From Amoebidium appalachense (taxonomy: Eukaryota; Protista; Ichthyosporea), in assembly GCA_963693365.1 (NCBI GenBank), contig CAVNZM010000005.1, positions 5,277,167 through 5,341,166 of the forward strand: a stretch of DNA of 64,000 nt, in the 5' to 3' direction. A program made the position numbers and the translations under genes. Below the pieces are notes generated by a model, which worked only from the letters and a program-made list of their open reading frames with translations, had not been told where the DNA came from and did no database searches. Positions within the stretch are counted from its first letter, which is position 1. Each line of letters opens with the position of its first letter. Positions 13,579 through 34,734 of this stretch are shown here, in pieces.

Positions 13579-15065
13579 AAAACCAATAATGTCTAGGTAA
13601 CATACTAATAGTATGTACATATACTATGCTACAAAGGGGGTTCTATACGAGCTACAACGTTGTGTTTTTTTCGTGTGACCCTCGTACTCCAGGGGCACAT
13701 TCACCATCCCCCCCATAAACTTTGTGGTAAAGTTCTCGTGCTAGAAGCTGTTCTGTGGGTAGTTATTGAAAAAACGAATAATGTCTAGGTAACACATGTA
13801 CATATGCTATGCTACAAGGGGGGTTCTATACGAGCTACAACGTTGTGTTTTTTTCGTGTGACCCTCGTACTCCAGGGACACATTCACCATCCCCCCCATA
13901 GACTTTGTGGTAAAGTTCTCGTGCTAGAAGCGGTTCTGTGGGTAGTTATTGAAAAAACCAATAATGTCTAGGTAACACATGGACATATACTATGCTACAA
14001 GGGGGGTTCTATACGAGCTACAACGTTGTGTTTTTTTCGTGTGACCCTCGTACTCCAGGGGCACATTCACCATCCACCCCATAAACGTTGTGGTAAAGGT
14101 CTCGTGCTAGAAGCTGTTCTGTGGGTAGTTATTGAAAAAACCAATAATGTCTAGGTAACACATGTACATATACTATGCTACAAGGGGGGTTCTATTCGAG
14201 CTACAATGTTGTGTTTTTTTCGTGTGACCCTCGTACTCCAGAGGCACATTCACCATCCCCCCCATAAACGTTGTGATAAATCTCTCGTGCTAGAGGCTGT
14301 TCTGTGGGTAGTTATTGAAAGACCAATAATGTCTAGGTAACATATGTACATGTACTATGCTACAAGGGGGGTTCTATACGAGCTACAACGTTGTGTTTTT
14401 TTCGTGTGACCCTCGTACTCCAGGGGCACATTCACCATCCCCCCCACAAACTTTGTGGTAAATTTCTCGTGCTAGAGGCTGTTCTGTGGGTAGTGAAAAA
14501 ACCAAAAATGTGTAAGAAACATATGTACATGTACTATGCTACAAGGGGGGTTCTATACGAGCTACAACGTTGTGTTTTTTTCGTGTGACCCTCGTACTGC
14601 AGGGGCACATTCACCATCCCCGGCATAAACGTTTTGGTAAATAAAACGCAGTAGGCCGTCGAATGTGGCGGGGCCTCCGGCAGTGTCCACGCAATAGAAA
14701 GTGTGTAAACCCCTAACACAATGTACATAATACTATGCTACACGGGGGGTTCTATTCGAGCTACAAGGTTGTGTTTTTTTCGTGTGACCCTCGTACTCCA
14801 GGGGCACATTTACCATCCCCCCCATAAACTTTGTGGTAAATTTCTCGTGCTAGAGGCTGTTCTGTGGGTAGTTATTGAAAAACCAATAATGTCTAGGTAA
14901 CATATGTACATATACTATGCTACAAGGTGGGTTCTATACGAGCTACAACGTTGTGTTTTTTTCGTGTGACCCTCGTACTCCAGGGGCACATTCACCATCC
15001 CGCCTTATAATTTGTGGTGAATTTCTCGTGGTAGAAGCTACTCTGTGGGTAGTTATTGAAAAAAC
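13579..15065. repeat. ~180-bp tandem satellite, ~8 units
   Basis: Unit AAACCAATAATGTCTAGGTAACATATGTACATATACTATGCTACAAGGGGGGTTCTATACGAGC...TGTGGGTAGTTATTGAA, repeated head-to-tail with few substitutions. Confidence 0.95.
14643..14713 (+). mobile_element. ~71-bp copy of the LINE-C 3' end inside the satellite
   Basis: Matches 19859-19931 and the reverse complement of 21150-21229; ends GTGTGTAAACCCC. Confidence 0.85.
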
Positions 15066-15150
15066 CCGATGCTTATAAGTAACGCATGCACAAGTTGTCA
15101 TCATAGCATTATACTACCACAGTAGTTGGTCGACAATCGAGTGATACAGC

Positions 15151-15660
15151 ATGGTGACAGGATACGAATTCACCGAGGACTCACTCAACGAGATGAACGA
15201 GCGTTACAGAACGTACGTGTCTGCCCCCCCCCCCCCCCCCCCCCCCCAAGCCCCCCTGTCTTCCCTCCTTCCCACTACGACCCCCCCCCCCCCCCCCCCC
15301 TCCCTGCACGTGTCTAGGTGTATAGATCCTACAGGTAATGATGGCAGAACTTTCGCCATTTGGTAATGGACTCCGTGCCGCTCTAGTGCATTATATTGTA
15401 AAGTAATATCACCAACAAAAAACGCAGGTTCGGCAAAGCTGCGTACGAGTGCTTCAAGGACTCCACCAAAAACGAACTCAAAACATCGAAATTCCATGCT
15501 GGTGTGCATTATTCTGACGACTATCGCCTCTTTGGCCCGGTGGAGTCAGCTGAGAGCTGGGAGCGTGCACACAAATACTACTGCAAGATGCCGTATCGTA
15601 TGACCGACAAGAACTCTGCATTGAATATTTTGCAGTTGAGTACTAGTACTCCAAAATATG
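15151..15660 (+). mobile_element. Plavaka/EnSpm (CMC) transposase C-terminal remnant
   Basis: SKFHAGVHYSDDYRLFGPVESAESWERAHKYYCKMPYRMTDKN resembles the Plavaka pattern K-H-x-x-x-HY...FG...E-R-x-H...K-x-x-Y-R-x-T/S. Upstream segment GYEFTEDSLNEMNERYRT and a GT-AG intron at 15213-15317. Disrupted. Confidence 0.65.
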
Positions 15661-15916
15661 GTGAAATCTACGATATCCGGCGAGCATGTTTGTATGTCGT
15701 AGTCCACATGTCGACGATATTATGTATCGTCTTACGACCGTTTGTACCGTACGATATATCGTTTTACGACAGTAATATGGATGGTATTGTTACAGTCTTG
15801 GGGATGGCCCATGGATATACATAAGGCGTGTTATGGATTATGTTTGGACATCTTTATTACACCTACTAGACATGTGAACCACCGAAAGGTGGATACTACA
15901 AGATGGATACATTTGC

Positions 15917-16194
15917 ACGGTTAATAACGTGCAGGGGATTGATGGGGCCCCAACCAAATTTTGCATTAGGCAGTGTCTCTGTGTGGGTGATGTAACAAAA
16001 CCGGTCCGACTGTCCCCCCATTTCTGTGGGAAAAGTTATTGACCGTTGTACGTCCATATTATGCAAAATGCGCTGTAATACATAGGGAAAGGGGGGGGGA
16101 TTCAACGGTTAATAACGTGCAGGGGATTGTTGGGAGCACAACCAAACTTTGCATTAGGCAGTTTCTCTGTGTGGGGGGTCTAACAAAACCGGTC
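15917..16194 (+). repeat. Two ~90-bp direct repeats, 188-bp period
   Basis: ACGGTTAATAACGTGCAGGGGATTG...TAACAAAACCGGTC at 15917 and 16105. Confidence 0.8.
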
Positions 16195-16312
16195 GGAATG
16201 GGGGGATATCACCACTTTCATTCCGCGGCCACCTGATGAGCCTCATCCGCTTTCCATGAGGCGTGCAAAAACAAATTCACATGTCAGTTGCGCCCGTTAG
16301 ATAATCTCCTTG

Positions 16313-16533
16313 TGATCATTATGATGACCGTATGGATTTTGGTATGTGATCACTATAATGATCGTATGAGGCATAGAATGAGATCATTATGATGATCGTA
16401 TGGGGGTATAACTAGCGATCCTTATGGTGGTCGTATGGGGCATATAATGAGATCATTATAATGATCGTATGGGGGTATAATTAGCGATCCTTATGGTGGT
16501 CGTATGGGGCTTCTATGAAAAACTACTCCGGGG
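16313..16533 (+). repeat. ~34-bp subterminal-type repeats, possibly the end of the CMC element
   Basis: Six GATC(A/C)TTAT(G/A)(A/G)TG(A/G)TCGTATGG-like units, ending near CTACTCCGGGG. Confidence 0.6.
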
Positions 16534-16562
16534 GTCATTCATTCCCAGGACACCCCTACCCC

Positions 16563-16641
<79 letters not shown>

Positions 16642-16643
<2 letters not shown>

Positions 16644-16834
16644 GGTTTACGCTGTTTACTCGAGGCAAAGAGAACCAGTCTCAGGTATGGGGGGGGGTTT
16701 TGCTCGGAATATCCCCTCAGCGGTATATCATGATCACGTACATAGATGTCGGGTGGTGACTATATATCAGGGTTTACTTTCTCTACGAGACACCATAAAG
16801 ACTATAAGGAGAAATCAATTAGTTGGGGTTCCCC

Positions 16835-16882
<48 letters not shown>

Positions 16883-16915
16883 GGGCTCCCCCTCGGGACA
16901 CTCGGTATCAGCTGG

Positions 16916-17002
<87 letters not shown>

Positions 17003-17926
17003 TGTGTGTGTGTGCGCGTGCGCTATAATTTTGTAGTGATGTGTTTCTCAAGCCAATCAATACATTTAATAAACAGGTCGTAGTTACGTGTGTTTAGTAT
17101 AAAATCGAGGATGTTGTAATTTACAGGTAGGCTATCTTTCTGGGTGTCTGTTGTGAATGTGACGTGTGTGTGTTGCGGTATTATGTGGTCTATCAAACTA
17201 CATTTGGCGATACATGACCGGTTAAACTGGTGTGTGTGTGTGTTGTTTGGGCATGCAAATGATGCCACCTTATACTTATTAGATCTCCACTGTATAGCAC
17301 GTGTACAGTAAAAGCGTGGTAATTGATCAATAATACCATCAGCTAGAGAAAGACCAGTTCTACAGGAAGGTAATATGTATTTAGGTGTTATACACTTGCG
17401 AGTGCCATATTTGGCAATATGGTTGAGGCGGTCAGTATATATAAAACGAGACATAAGGCTTAGTTTTTCAAGGTGTATGCTTTCATCGGGTCTAGTGTCG
17501 TGTGGTATCTTTTTCCATTTGTTATATTGCGTGATTATCTTGTGATTGTGTACATGTTTAATAAGTAAGTGGCAGTCCAAAGTCACACACACACTATTGC
17601 GGGGTTTATTTGTATTTGTGCCCAGGGGAGAAGGGGAGAGAGAGGGGAGGAAAGAGGGGAGAGGTGAGGAGGGGACAGGTCGGATAGAGAAGAGAGGGTG
17701 GGAGGGCAAATACTTCTTTAAGCGGCTTATGTGCTTATTGAATTTCAGCGCGAGATAGGATACTCTAGCAGCTATTGGGACCAGACCATATATCGAGAGC
17801 GTTACAGGCCCAGGTTTACAACAGTTGTTAGATAGAAAGGAGGCAACTTCTGCTTCAAGGAAATTTGCCAAGGGTTTAAGCGCTCTAGTTCTCTCTTTCT
17901 TGATCCAGGCGGCGAGAAGGGGTAAA

Positions 17927-17927
<1 letters not shown>
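16642..17927 (-). mobile_element. 5'-truncated LINE-B, same clade as LINE-A
   Basis: Uninterrupted frame from GLPLL through KYILPSCRTG...QWRSN...FNRSCIAKC...YNILDFILN to a stop at 17023. The putative 3' UTR ends GTAAACCCC at 16642. (TA)n tracts flank both sides. Confidence 0.85.
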
Positions 17928-17973
<46 letters not shown>

Positions 17974-18164
17974 TACTATATATATATACATAAAACTATT
18001 GTACTTATACATTATAAAAACCCCAACTTTATATATATATATATATATATATATGATATATATATACTATATGATATATATATATATACATAGTAAAACT
18101 ATTGTACTTATACATTATAAAAACAGTATTTATTATTGCAGAATTCGCCGTTTCTTATTAGTTT

Positions 18165-18570
18165 ACAGACGTCGGAAACCTCATATTAAGATGCTCAGAA
18201 TCGCCTTCACAGTATGCTTTGTTTTCGACGTCGACGATACCCATCATGTTAGCCTACACAGTATACATACGTAGAACAGGCTTACGACGTCCATAGCACA
18301 TCTATAGCATTGGAATAGGTGCTACATTTGGTTAATGGACGGTGTAAACGCATGCACAGCATGTCCATAGGATGACGTTGGCATATACACATGAGGGTTG
18401 AGAAATCAGTGGACCTCTTTATTACCCTGTAACATGCTTGTCGACGTCGACGATGGGTTTTCAGCTTTTCCATCCATTAAAATGTCGAGGGTACCAAACG
18501 CAGCCACTCAGGTATCGTAAACTACTCCGAACCCGTCGTCGACGTCGTAGAGGGGTTTCCGATGGGGGGG
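18165..18570. mobile_element. Probable DNA-transposon end with CGACGTCG palindromic repeats
   Basis: (C)GACGTC(G) at ~18168, 18226, 18285, 18442 and 18540; TCGGAAACC (18172) is inverted as GGTTTCCGA near 18553. Confidence 0.4.
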
Positions 18571-19188
18571 GAAGATTGCTGATGTATGTTACGCGCGGAC
18601 GCATACTGTATCCCTTATATTCGGCCGAATGATGTGGCCCCAATGGTTATGGGGCCAATCATCGGCCTGGTAGAAGCGACTTAGTATATAAGGAACGGTT
18701 TTGTAGCCACTCCACCCAGCTCTTATCCTCGCTGCTTCTCTTCGGAGAGCGTGCGTTATTGAGGCCGGTCTAGTGAGCCTGAACGCTTGTAGGCCGTGAC
18801 ACTGTGCGCCAATATAGATAGTGAATGTTCAACAGGCCTCTAGTCTAAACGCCCTCTAGCTGCGTGTGCAGACAGAGTTTCACGGCACTGGCACGCAGCT
18901 AGAGGGCGTCTAAAGTTTCAAGTTAACGTTCAACTTGGCGTAGTGCAGTGGCCCCATCATGGTGATGATGTGGAGATCCAATGTGTAGATCTGTTTTCCG
19001 CAACACCCTCACGCACAGGTTTTAGTGTTTCTAGCTGTTCTTTAGCCCGCGTGGGCAGACCAGCGACTAGTGGGGCGCGTGTGCGCCAAGTCTTAGTAGT
19101 GCAATGGCGCATGTTAGTGTGCGCCGCTCCTTTCCTGACTTGGTAAGGCTTAGCGTGTGCTGGCCAGTGAGGCCGTACCAAGGCAGTA

Positions 19189-19523
19189 ATGACACCACCA
19201 CTTGCCTCACGCCCGGTGGAGGGCGCGCCCTTTGTGCCTCTTTACCAGCGTGTACGCGCCTGTTGTCATGACGAGTGGGAGCGCGGGGGAGCCGCCAAGG
19301 ACGTGCTCTTTTGGATTAAGTACGGCATCACCCCCCAATGGCGCGATGGCCCACCAGCCCCATGTTATACGATGACGGTGTGTATTTGGACTCGGGAGAT
19401 GTGAGCGAGGCGGAGGCTGTGGTGGAAGTAGCGCGGTTGCTAAGTAAGGGCGCGCTTGAGAAGGTGTCAGAAAACAAGGCGCACTGTGTGTCGACGTCGT
19501 TTGGTGTTCGGAAACCAAAGCTA
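19189..19523 (+). mobile_element. DIRS/Ngaro-type RT N-terminal fragment, frameshifted
   Basis: WERGGAAKDVLFWIKYGITPQWRDGPP / EVARLLSKGALEKV...VSTSFGVRK matches the pre-RT region of tyrosine-recombinase retroelements. It is truncated before the catalytic motifs. Confidence 0.7.
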
Positions 19524-19733
19524 TAATATACTTACATACATCAGCTTGCCGGGGGTCTCGGTTCTTAACCCTTATATGTAACAGAATATTGAGAGATTAC
19601 AACCATTCATCAATATAAATAAAGGTCCTGACTGAATATATTATTAACACGTACTACTAGGCTTTATTACTGTAACTTGCACGCTTATGTTAATGCCCAG
19701 GTCGGCGATTGATGATAATGAATTTGCGAAAAT

Positions 19734-19932
19734 CTACGATGCTAGCCTCTGCTTACCCATAATATGTAATAGGGGTGTCATATACTACGATCATGGCGCT
19801 CATTGTTGCCTAGCATGTACTACATATGTCACTGGCTGCATTTGATTGGCTGTGCTGGAAAACGCAGTAGGCCGGGTCGAATGTGGCTGGGCCTCCGGCA
19901 GTGTCCACGCAATAAAACGTGTGTAAACCCCC
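19734..19932 (+). mobile_element. ~200-bp copy of the LINE-C 3' end
   Basis: Reverse complement of 21150-21349 with small indels; ends TAAACCCCC. Confidence 0.85.
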
Positions 19933-20099
19933 TACAGTCAACACTGGATCATGACCCAACTTGTAATTACAGCTGCAATTGGCAAAGAGACCCAAATACA
20001 CACTGTAGGCGATCCTGCAACTACATATATTACATATAGAAACTATTACCGTGCGGTTTGAACACAAATTTTACATAATATATAATACATGCATATTAC

Positions 20100-20338
20100 C
20101 GGGATTTTTGACCGAGACAATAAGGCCATCCTAGAAGAAAAATGATATATCTGTGGATAGAGAGGGGGGCTTGGGATAGATCGTCGGGATAGTCAGGTAC
20201 AGAGTCTGAGATTATCTGGGATATGATCTTTGATAAAACAGGTTAAAGTTGGGATAGATCTGGGATAGTGCGTAAGGATTTTTTTCGGATAGATAGGCAG
20301 TTTTTTGGGATAGGTTTACCTAGCCCTACTGCCAGCCG
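20100..20338. repeat. GGGATAG-rich cluster, possibly a hAT-like MITE end
   Basis: About 7 GGATAG/GGGATA motifs ending TAGCCCTA; a similar cluster lies at ~10713-10810. Confidence 0.4.
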
Positions 20339-20745
20339 GCGCCAGTCACCAGACCAGATGGCCATATCGATTCAGTATCAAGGGCCACGGGCCACTGGGC
20401 CACCACAAAGTGCTGTACATATGGTGCCGGTAGTCTGTAGCACTCCAAAAAAGAAAAAAAGAAAAAAAAATACTTCTCGTTGGTCGAATTCAAAAATTCT
20501 TGGATAGCTCGAACGGCCTCATCGAGATCTGTCATATGGCGCAGAGGTGTTTCTAGATGGCCGTGGGCGCAGAGAACCCAAAAAGCGCCAATCTGAACCC
20601 CCGGCCTCAGCCGATGACGTCATCAAATCAGCCTCCAACTTAGATATGTTTGATATACCATTTATATAAATATAAATATAGATAGTCTATGGATACATAT
20701 GGGTGGACTGGAACTTGACCCCCCGGAGGTTCTTTATGTTTTCAC

Positions 20746-20834
20746 TGGATAACTTGTGAAGTTTTTATTGTCTTCTCAACATGCCGTGCATACTTGCATA
20801 TCTTTCCGTCGAATAAATCCAGTCAAAAGAAAAA
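20746..20834 (+). mobile_element. ~89-bp copy of the LINE-A 3' end
   Basis: Reverse complement of 10843-10940; 10-bp TSD ATGTTTTCAC at 20736-20745 and 20835-20844; short A-rich tail. Confidence 0.88.
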
Positions 20835-21149
20835 ATGTTTTCACAAGTATTTCAGTTATTTTTGCGAAATTTGAATTTCTAAAAAAGTTTTACAAAAAAA
20901 TCGGTACTGCGCTGAGCACGTAAAACACCTTATTTTTGTTTTAGCGGCCCCTCCTTCATTGTTTCCCAAAAAAGCGCCAAATCTAAATTTTCAAACCAAA
21001 ATTTCAAAATGTTCCTGTGGTGACACCGGGCAAGTGTCCTGGTGCATTTGAAGTGGACATCAAGACGGACATTTTGACGTGTCCATTTCTAAAATATCTC
21101 AATGCTATGCTATGGTGAGCGGATCGGAGTGATTTTGGGATCTGAAATT

Positions 21150-21900
21150 GGGGTTTACACACTTTTTATTGCGTGGACACTGCCGGAGGCCCAGGCAGTG
21201 CAGGCACATTCGACGGCCTACTGCGTTTTCCAGCACAGCCAATCAAATGCAGCCAGTGACATATGTACATGCTAGGCAACAATGAGCGCCATCGTAGTAT
21301 ATGACACCCCTATTACATATTATGGGTAAGCAGAGGCTAGCATCCGTAGCTCCGAAAGCTTAAGAAAGTTAAGGCACCGGATCACAATATCATACTGTGC
21401 ATCATTAATAAGTTGATCTAGGATAGTAATCTTAAAACGGATATATTGAGGAAGAGAGGAAGAAAAGAGAATAAAACCGCCAATAACCTCCGGTTCTAAT
21501 ACGTTAGTTAACAGGTTGCACTTATTGATAGAAATGCAGCCGCGAGTAAACCGCCCCCCACACATATTACACATACGAGCAGGAGACACCAGAAACCGAT
21601 TACACCGCCAATCCATAATCATCTTTGCGTTTTTACACCACACCACATTACGAATAAACGAAATCTATGTTGGAGGGCTTCAGAGTTCCGGCACCTTAGT
21701 AGAATTCGTGGCCCCATGCGGCGCATACCCAAACTGAGTCACGGTCGAAATCAATAGTCACTCACACTCCACATTGGCCGGAATTGGGGTGCGTACCATT
21801 ATGATACATTGCCACGCACAAATTGGCACAAACAATACCTGTCCGGCACCGTATTTATGATACACTGTACGTGTCCAACAGCTGTGTGTGACTACACGTA
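21150..21900 (-). mobile_element. 5'-truncated LINE-C, third member of the clade
   Basis: ISTVTQFGYAPH...MDWRCN...CNMCGGRFTRGC...ITILDQLIN..YD..IRCLNFL aligns by eye with the LINE-A and LINE-B C-termini. Stop at 21320; the 3' UTR ends GTAAACCCC at 21150. The 5' limit is approximate. Confidence 0.8.
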
Positions 21901-22062
21901 CGTCCAAAAGTACGTTCATAGTATGTACAGTAGCCTGTATATATATTTGATATTTTTTACCCGGCACCAAAAAAAAACAAAAAAAAAAACGTTTTCAATG
22001 ATCGACCGTGCAACAGTGCACAACCCCCCGGCCGCGCGGACGGCCCGGCCCGGTCCGGCCCG

Positions 22063-22098
<36 letters not shown>

Positions 22099-22134
22099 CC
22101 CCCCCCCTCCCCCCCTCCCCCCCCCCCCCTCCCC

Positions 22135-22168
<34 letters not shown>

Positions 22169-22232
22169 ACCACCACCACCGCCACCACCACCACCGTGCC
22201 ACCACCACCACACACACACGCACACACACATC

Positions 22233-22270
<38 letters not shown>

Positions 22271-22690
22271 CCTCCCCCCCCCCCCCCCCCGCCCGCTCCC
22301 CCCCCCCCTCTCCCTCCCCCCCCCCCCCCCCCCAAAAAAAAAAAAAAAATAATAAAAAAAAAATAAAATAAAAATAACAACAATGCATAATGATCGAGGC
22401 TCAGAGTTTTGGACAATCGAATCATTGGTATCATATCGATTCGATCAGATCTTCGAACTTCCGTGTATGTATACGTACAGGGCCATTCGCAACAAAAAAC
22501 AACGTTGGTTACATCTCCACATAGTGTGAGGTCTATTTGATACGCTATATCTCCACTTAAAAATTTTATGATGTAAGTGTAACACCGATTTTTTTACATG
22601 TATATCTTGTTGGGTGGAAGTACTGAATAATTGGTGCCGACAACCCATCACAGCTCACCTACAAGTCGTTAAATTTAATCAAAACACTGT

Positions 22691-22721
<31 letters not shown>

Positions 22722-24439
22722 ATTCGCAATACCGTAGCATGCACATATTTGCAAGTTGACAGATAAATCGGGGGTGAATGTAATATATCATCTCCTCCCT
22801 CCCTCCCCCCTCTCCCCGTGCCCCCCCCTCCCCCCCCCCCCCCCCCCCTCTCCCCTCTCCCCGCCCGCCGCGTGGGGCAACTTGTCCTAGAGCTACGGGA
22901 AGTTCAACGTATTCTTACTAAACGCAGGTGGCGGTTTGGGGCGGGAGAAGAGGAGGGGAGGGGAGGGATTACGTGTTTAAAAAATTTGCGGCCGTGCACT
23001 GCGACACTGCGATCATGGTGACACCGTGTTGCTTATTGATTATGCCGTGCAACCGTGTCACTGCAGTACACTCCCCAATCTGAGAGCGTGGGTTGCGCAA
23101 TGTACAGCAAGTCTGCTCAGCAAGTCCTATCATCATAGTTGAAAGCACATGGTCATGCACATGATGATTCTAATTAGTCTCCAAGGCTTTGTACGTACCC
23201 GCCGGCTTACGTAAGTGGCTGGGCCCTGCTACGCTACGTGTCGCTCGCGGCAACATACAAATAGTATGCTCGACTAGTAGAAAGGCCGCAAGGAGACAGC
23301 AAAGGCACTTTCACGAATTTTTTGAGGCAAATTTAAATTTACTAAGTAAAATTGTATAACGTTATGCAGGTTTGAGCATAACGTTATGCACGTTTCAAAA
23401 AATTAAAAATGTAATAACTTGGGAACCGTTCAACCAAAATGCACCAAGTTTTCACAGTTAGTGTGTTGTTATACCCCCTGCGTGTACACGTTGGCGGCGC
23501 GGGCCCGGACCCGGCCTGGCCCGCCGTTCTACACGCTGAACCCTTGTTAGCCCCAAAAAGTGACCTTTAGATCCATGCGCAGCTGCCTTATATAGTATGA
23601 TCTGAAACTTTTGTCCAATGAAAATCGTTATCGCTCCCAATTTGGAAAGTGACTTTCGGGCCAAAAAGCTACCTAATCGGATCCCTAAAACGGTTTGGGT
23701 CTCTGCACGATAGTATACCCGTGACTACTGAACCGGCCCGTATGAAAGGGATAGATATACGCGGCAGCGTTTTGATTCCTTTGCCAACTTCATGCCGAGT
23801 GAAGGGAGTACTTGCTTGTGTACTTACCCCCCCCAAATGAAAATTTTTGTGTTTTTGAATTTAAAGGTTTGGGCATTCCAGGGGCTGAACATTAGCATAT
23901 ATATGAATGACAGTGTATGCGCGCAGCGTGCATGCTTTGGTGTCATCGATTGCATGATCATGAACATATATCCGGTTTATTTTGTTGTCAAAAAAAAGCA
24001 TAAGCTATCTCTAATATATAGTAAGCTATGAAGCCCAAATACGGAACGACACCCCTCAAACAACAGTTCTTTCCATCAAAGAGCACCCCTATTTCTGGTG
24101 TTATCTCTGATCCACACCCGCGCCGCTATCTGCATGCGGAGCTTATGCCCCAGTACACTGAGATACCAGCAAAACAGTTTGATCTGCTCAAGCGATCACG
24201 AAAAAACATATAAAAAAAACTTTTTAAAAAACTTTAGGTCATATTTTTCGGTAAAATCCCTTAGCTGCACTCAAGAGGGTCACTATCATCGGCACATGTA
24301 CATGCGGTCGCTTTTGTAATCTCGAAAGCACGTCTGATCACATAAACCAAAATCGCACCGTGTGTACAGGGCCACGGTGACCACTAGGGCTAGAGGGGCA
24401 GTGTGCGGGGAAAGGCAGGGGATGGCGAAACGAGAGACT

Positions 24440-24524
<85 letters not shown>

Positions 24525-26216
24525 GAGGAGTGAGAGAGGAAAATCTAGAGGGAGAGAAAGTGTGTGTGCGTGCGTGCCTTAGCGTGCATGTCTTCAGTGA
24601 GTGCATTACCGCTGAACGGTGAGAGAGTGTGTGTCCGCCTAGGCCTATGTGAATGTGTGTGCGCCAGTACCTCACGGCATGTGTGTGTGCGTGTGTGCGT
24701 GCATCATGGATGTGTGTACACACTTGTGGTGGGAATGGGGTTCAAGTTGAAGGAGGTCGGGAGGGAAACCCTCTCTCAAAAGTCCTCCCCCCCCCCCCCC
24801 GCTGCACCCGCCTCTCTCTGTTCATTTCGGAGGCTCTCTCTTAGTGACTCACTCTCACTTCTCCCTCTCTCTCTGTGTGTGCAACGGTGTAATGTGATGG
24901 TGTGTGTACAGAATTGCTGGAGTGGCCACCCACTGTGGTGAATGAGTCTAACGATTACATCTCGTATGCATTAGGTATATGATGACACACACTATTAATA
25001 GTATCATATTCAAATCCGTTGCCTTCTACCAGAGAATACAGGTATAAGGTTGGCACATGCACGTGCAATTGGTATTGTGGCACTGCCAGTGATATCTCCA
25101 AGTTTATAATGATATGTATGGTTGTTGATTATGGCCGGTTTACGTGGCAAGGTTTGACGGTCTCGATCGAAACTGACCAACAGCAGCTTGCTAAAACCGT
25201 TTAAGGCATCTGCCGACCGCGGGCTGCCTAAATGACCCAACTTGCTAAGTGATAGTGTAAAGTGATATTGAATAAGACGGAAAATAAAATAAAAATCACA
25301 CAGAGTAAGAAAAATAAAAAACTATAAAAACTATACTTACATATACGCATAAAATTCTACGACAAAATGCTCCTTTTAGCTAGCGACGGTAGCGATCCCT
25401 TGTAGCGATCCAACAGCCTTTCAATTGACTAAGGCAATATTTTTGATCGAGACTATTCAACTTGCTACCTACGGTCTGGAATCCGATGGTATTTAGTATC
25501 TTTATGCCATCGTTTGTGTTTGCGTACGCATCTGCGATTGTATGTGTTGTGTGTGTGTGGTGTGTGTGTGTGTGTCTGTGTGTGTGTGTGTAATGTGTGT
25601 GGGGTGTATGTGTGTGCGCGCGCATGTATTTGTGTCCCCCAGGTGCGCATATTCCTACTTTTTGTTTTTTTATACAAACTTTTCTTTTATTTGTATACCA
25701 AATCTGATCAATTCAAATAATTTGCATGAATATTAATGGCCTTCGATAGGCGCCAAGATCTGAGCTCAACAAATACCCACCCTCAAACGGGACAGTAAAT
25801 TATCTACATTTTCAACCGAAACAAATAAGAAACCATTTATCAGCCAAGCTATTCTGATTGCGAGGTTACAAGTTATCCGATTCAATCGATCTTTGCTATA
25901 TATAATCGTATCATTCACTTCGTAAGTTCATCTAACTCACTGTATCACAAAACCATGCAGCACCATCAATATATAACAAACAAAGTAATACACCAGCATG
26001 TAGTGTACTTACAATTTATGCTGTTCAAACCTACAACTTGTCACAACTATCAAGACACACATCACTTCCCCCCCCCCCCCTCCCCCCCTCCCCCCCCCCC
26101 CCCCCCCAACTCCCCCAACTCCTCTTTCCTCCACCACCACATTCACAAGAAACATAGTATTGTATTATTACTGTACTACTACTAGTATCACACCGATATT
26201 AACACAGCGACCCACC

Positions 26217-34734
<8,518 letters not shown>

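Noticed and set aside
19734-21349. ~200-bp inverted repeats suggesting a Mutator/foldback element
   Set aside because: The right arm is the ORF end and 3' UTR of LINE-C, a third partial copy sits at 14643, and there is no TSD around the pair.
21809-22434. Poly-Pro/Gly, HT, CV, RE and LS ORFs here and throughout the ORF track
   Set aside because: These are translations of homopolymers and microsatellites in introns or intergenic DNA.
23301-24262. Possible Kolobok-like non-autonomous element
   Set aside because: The ends are only loosely complementary and there is no TTAA duplication.
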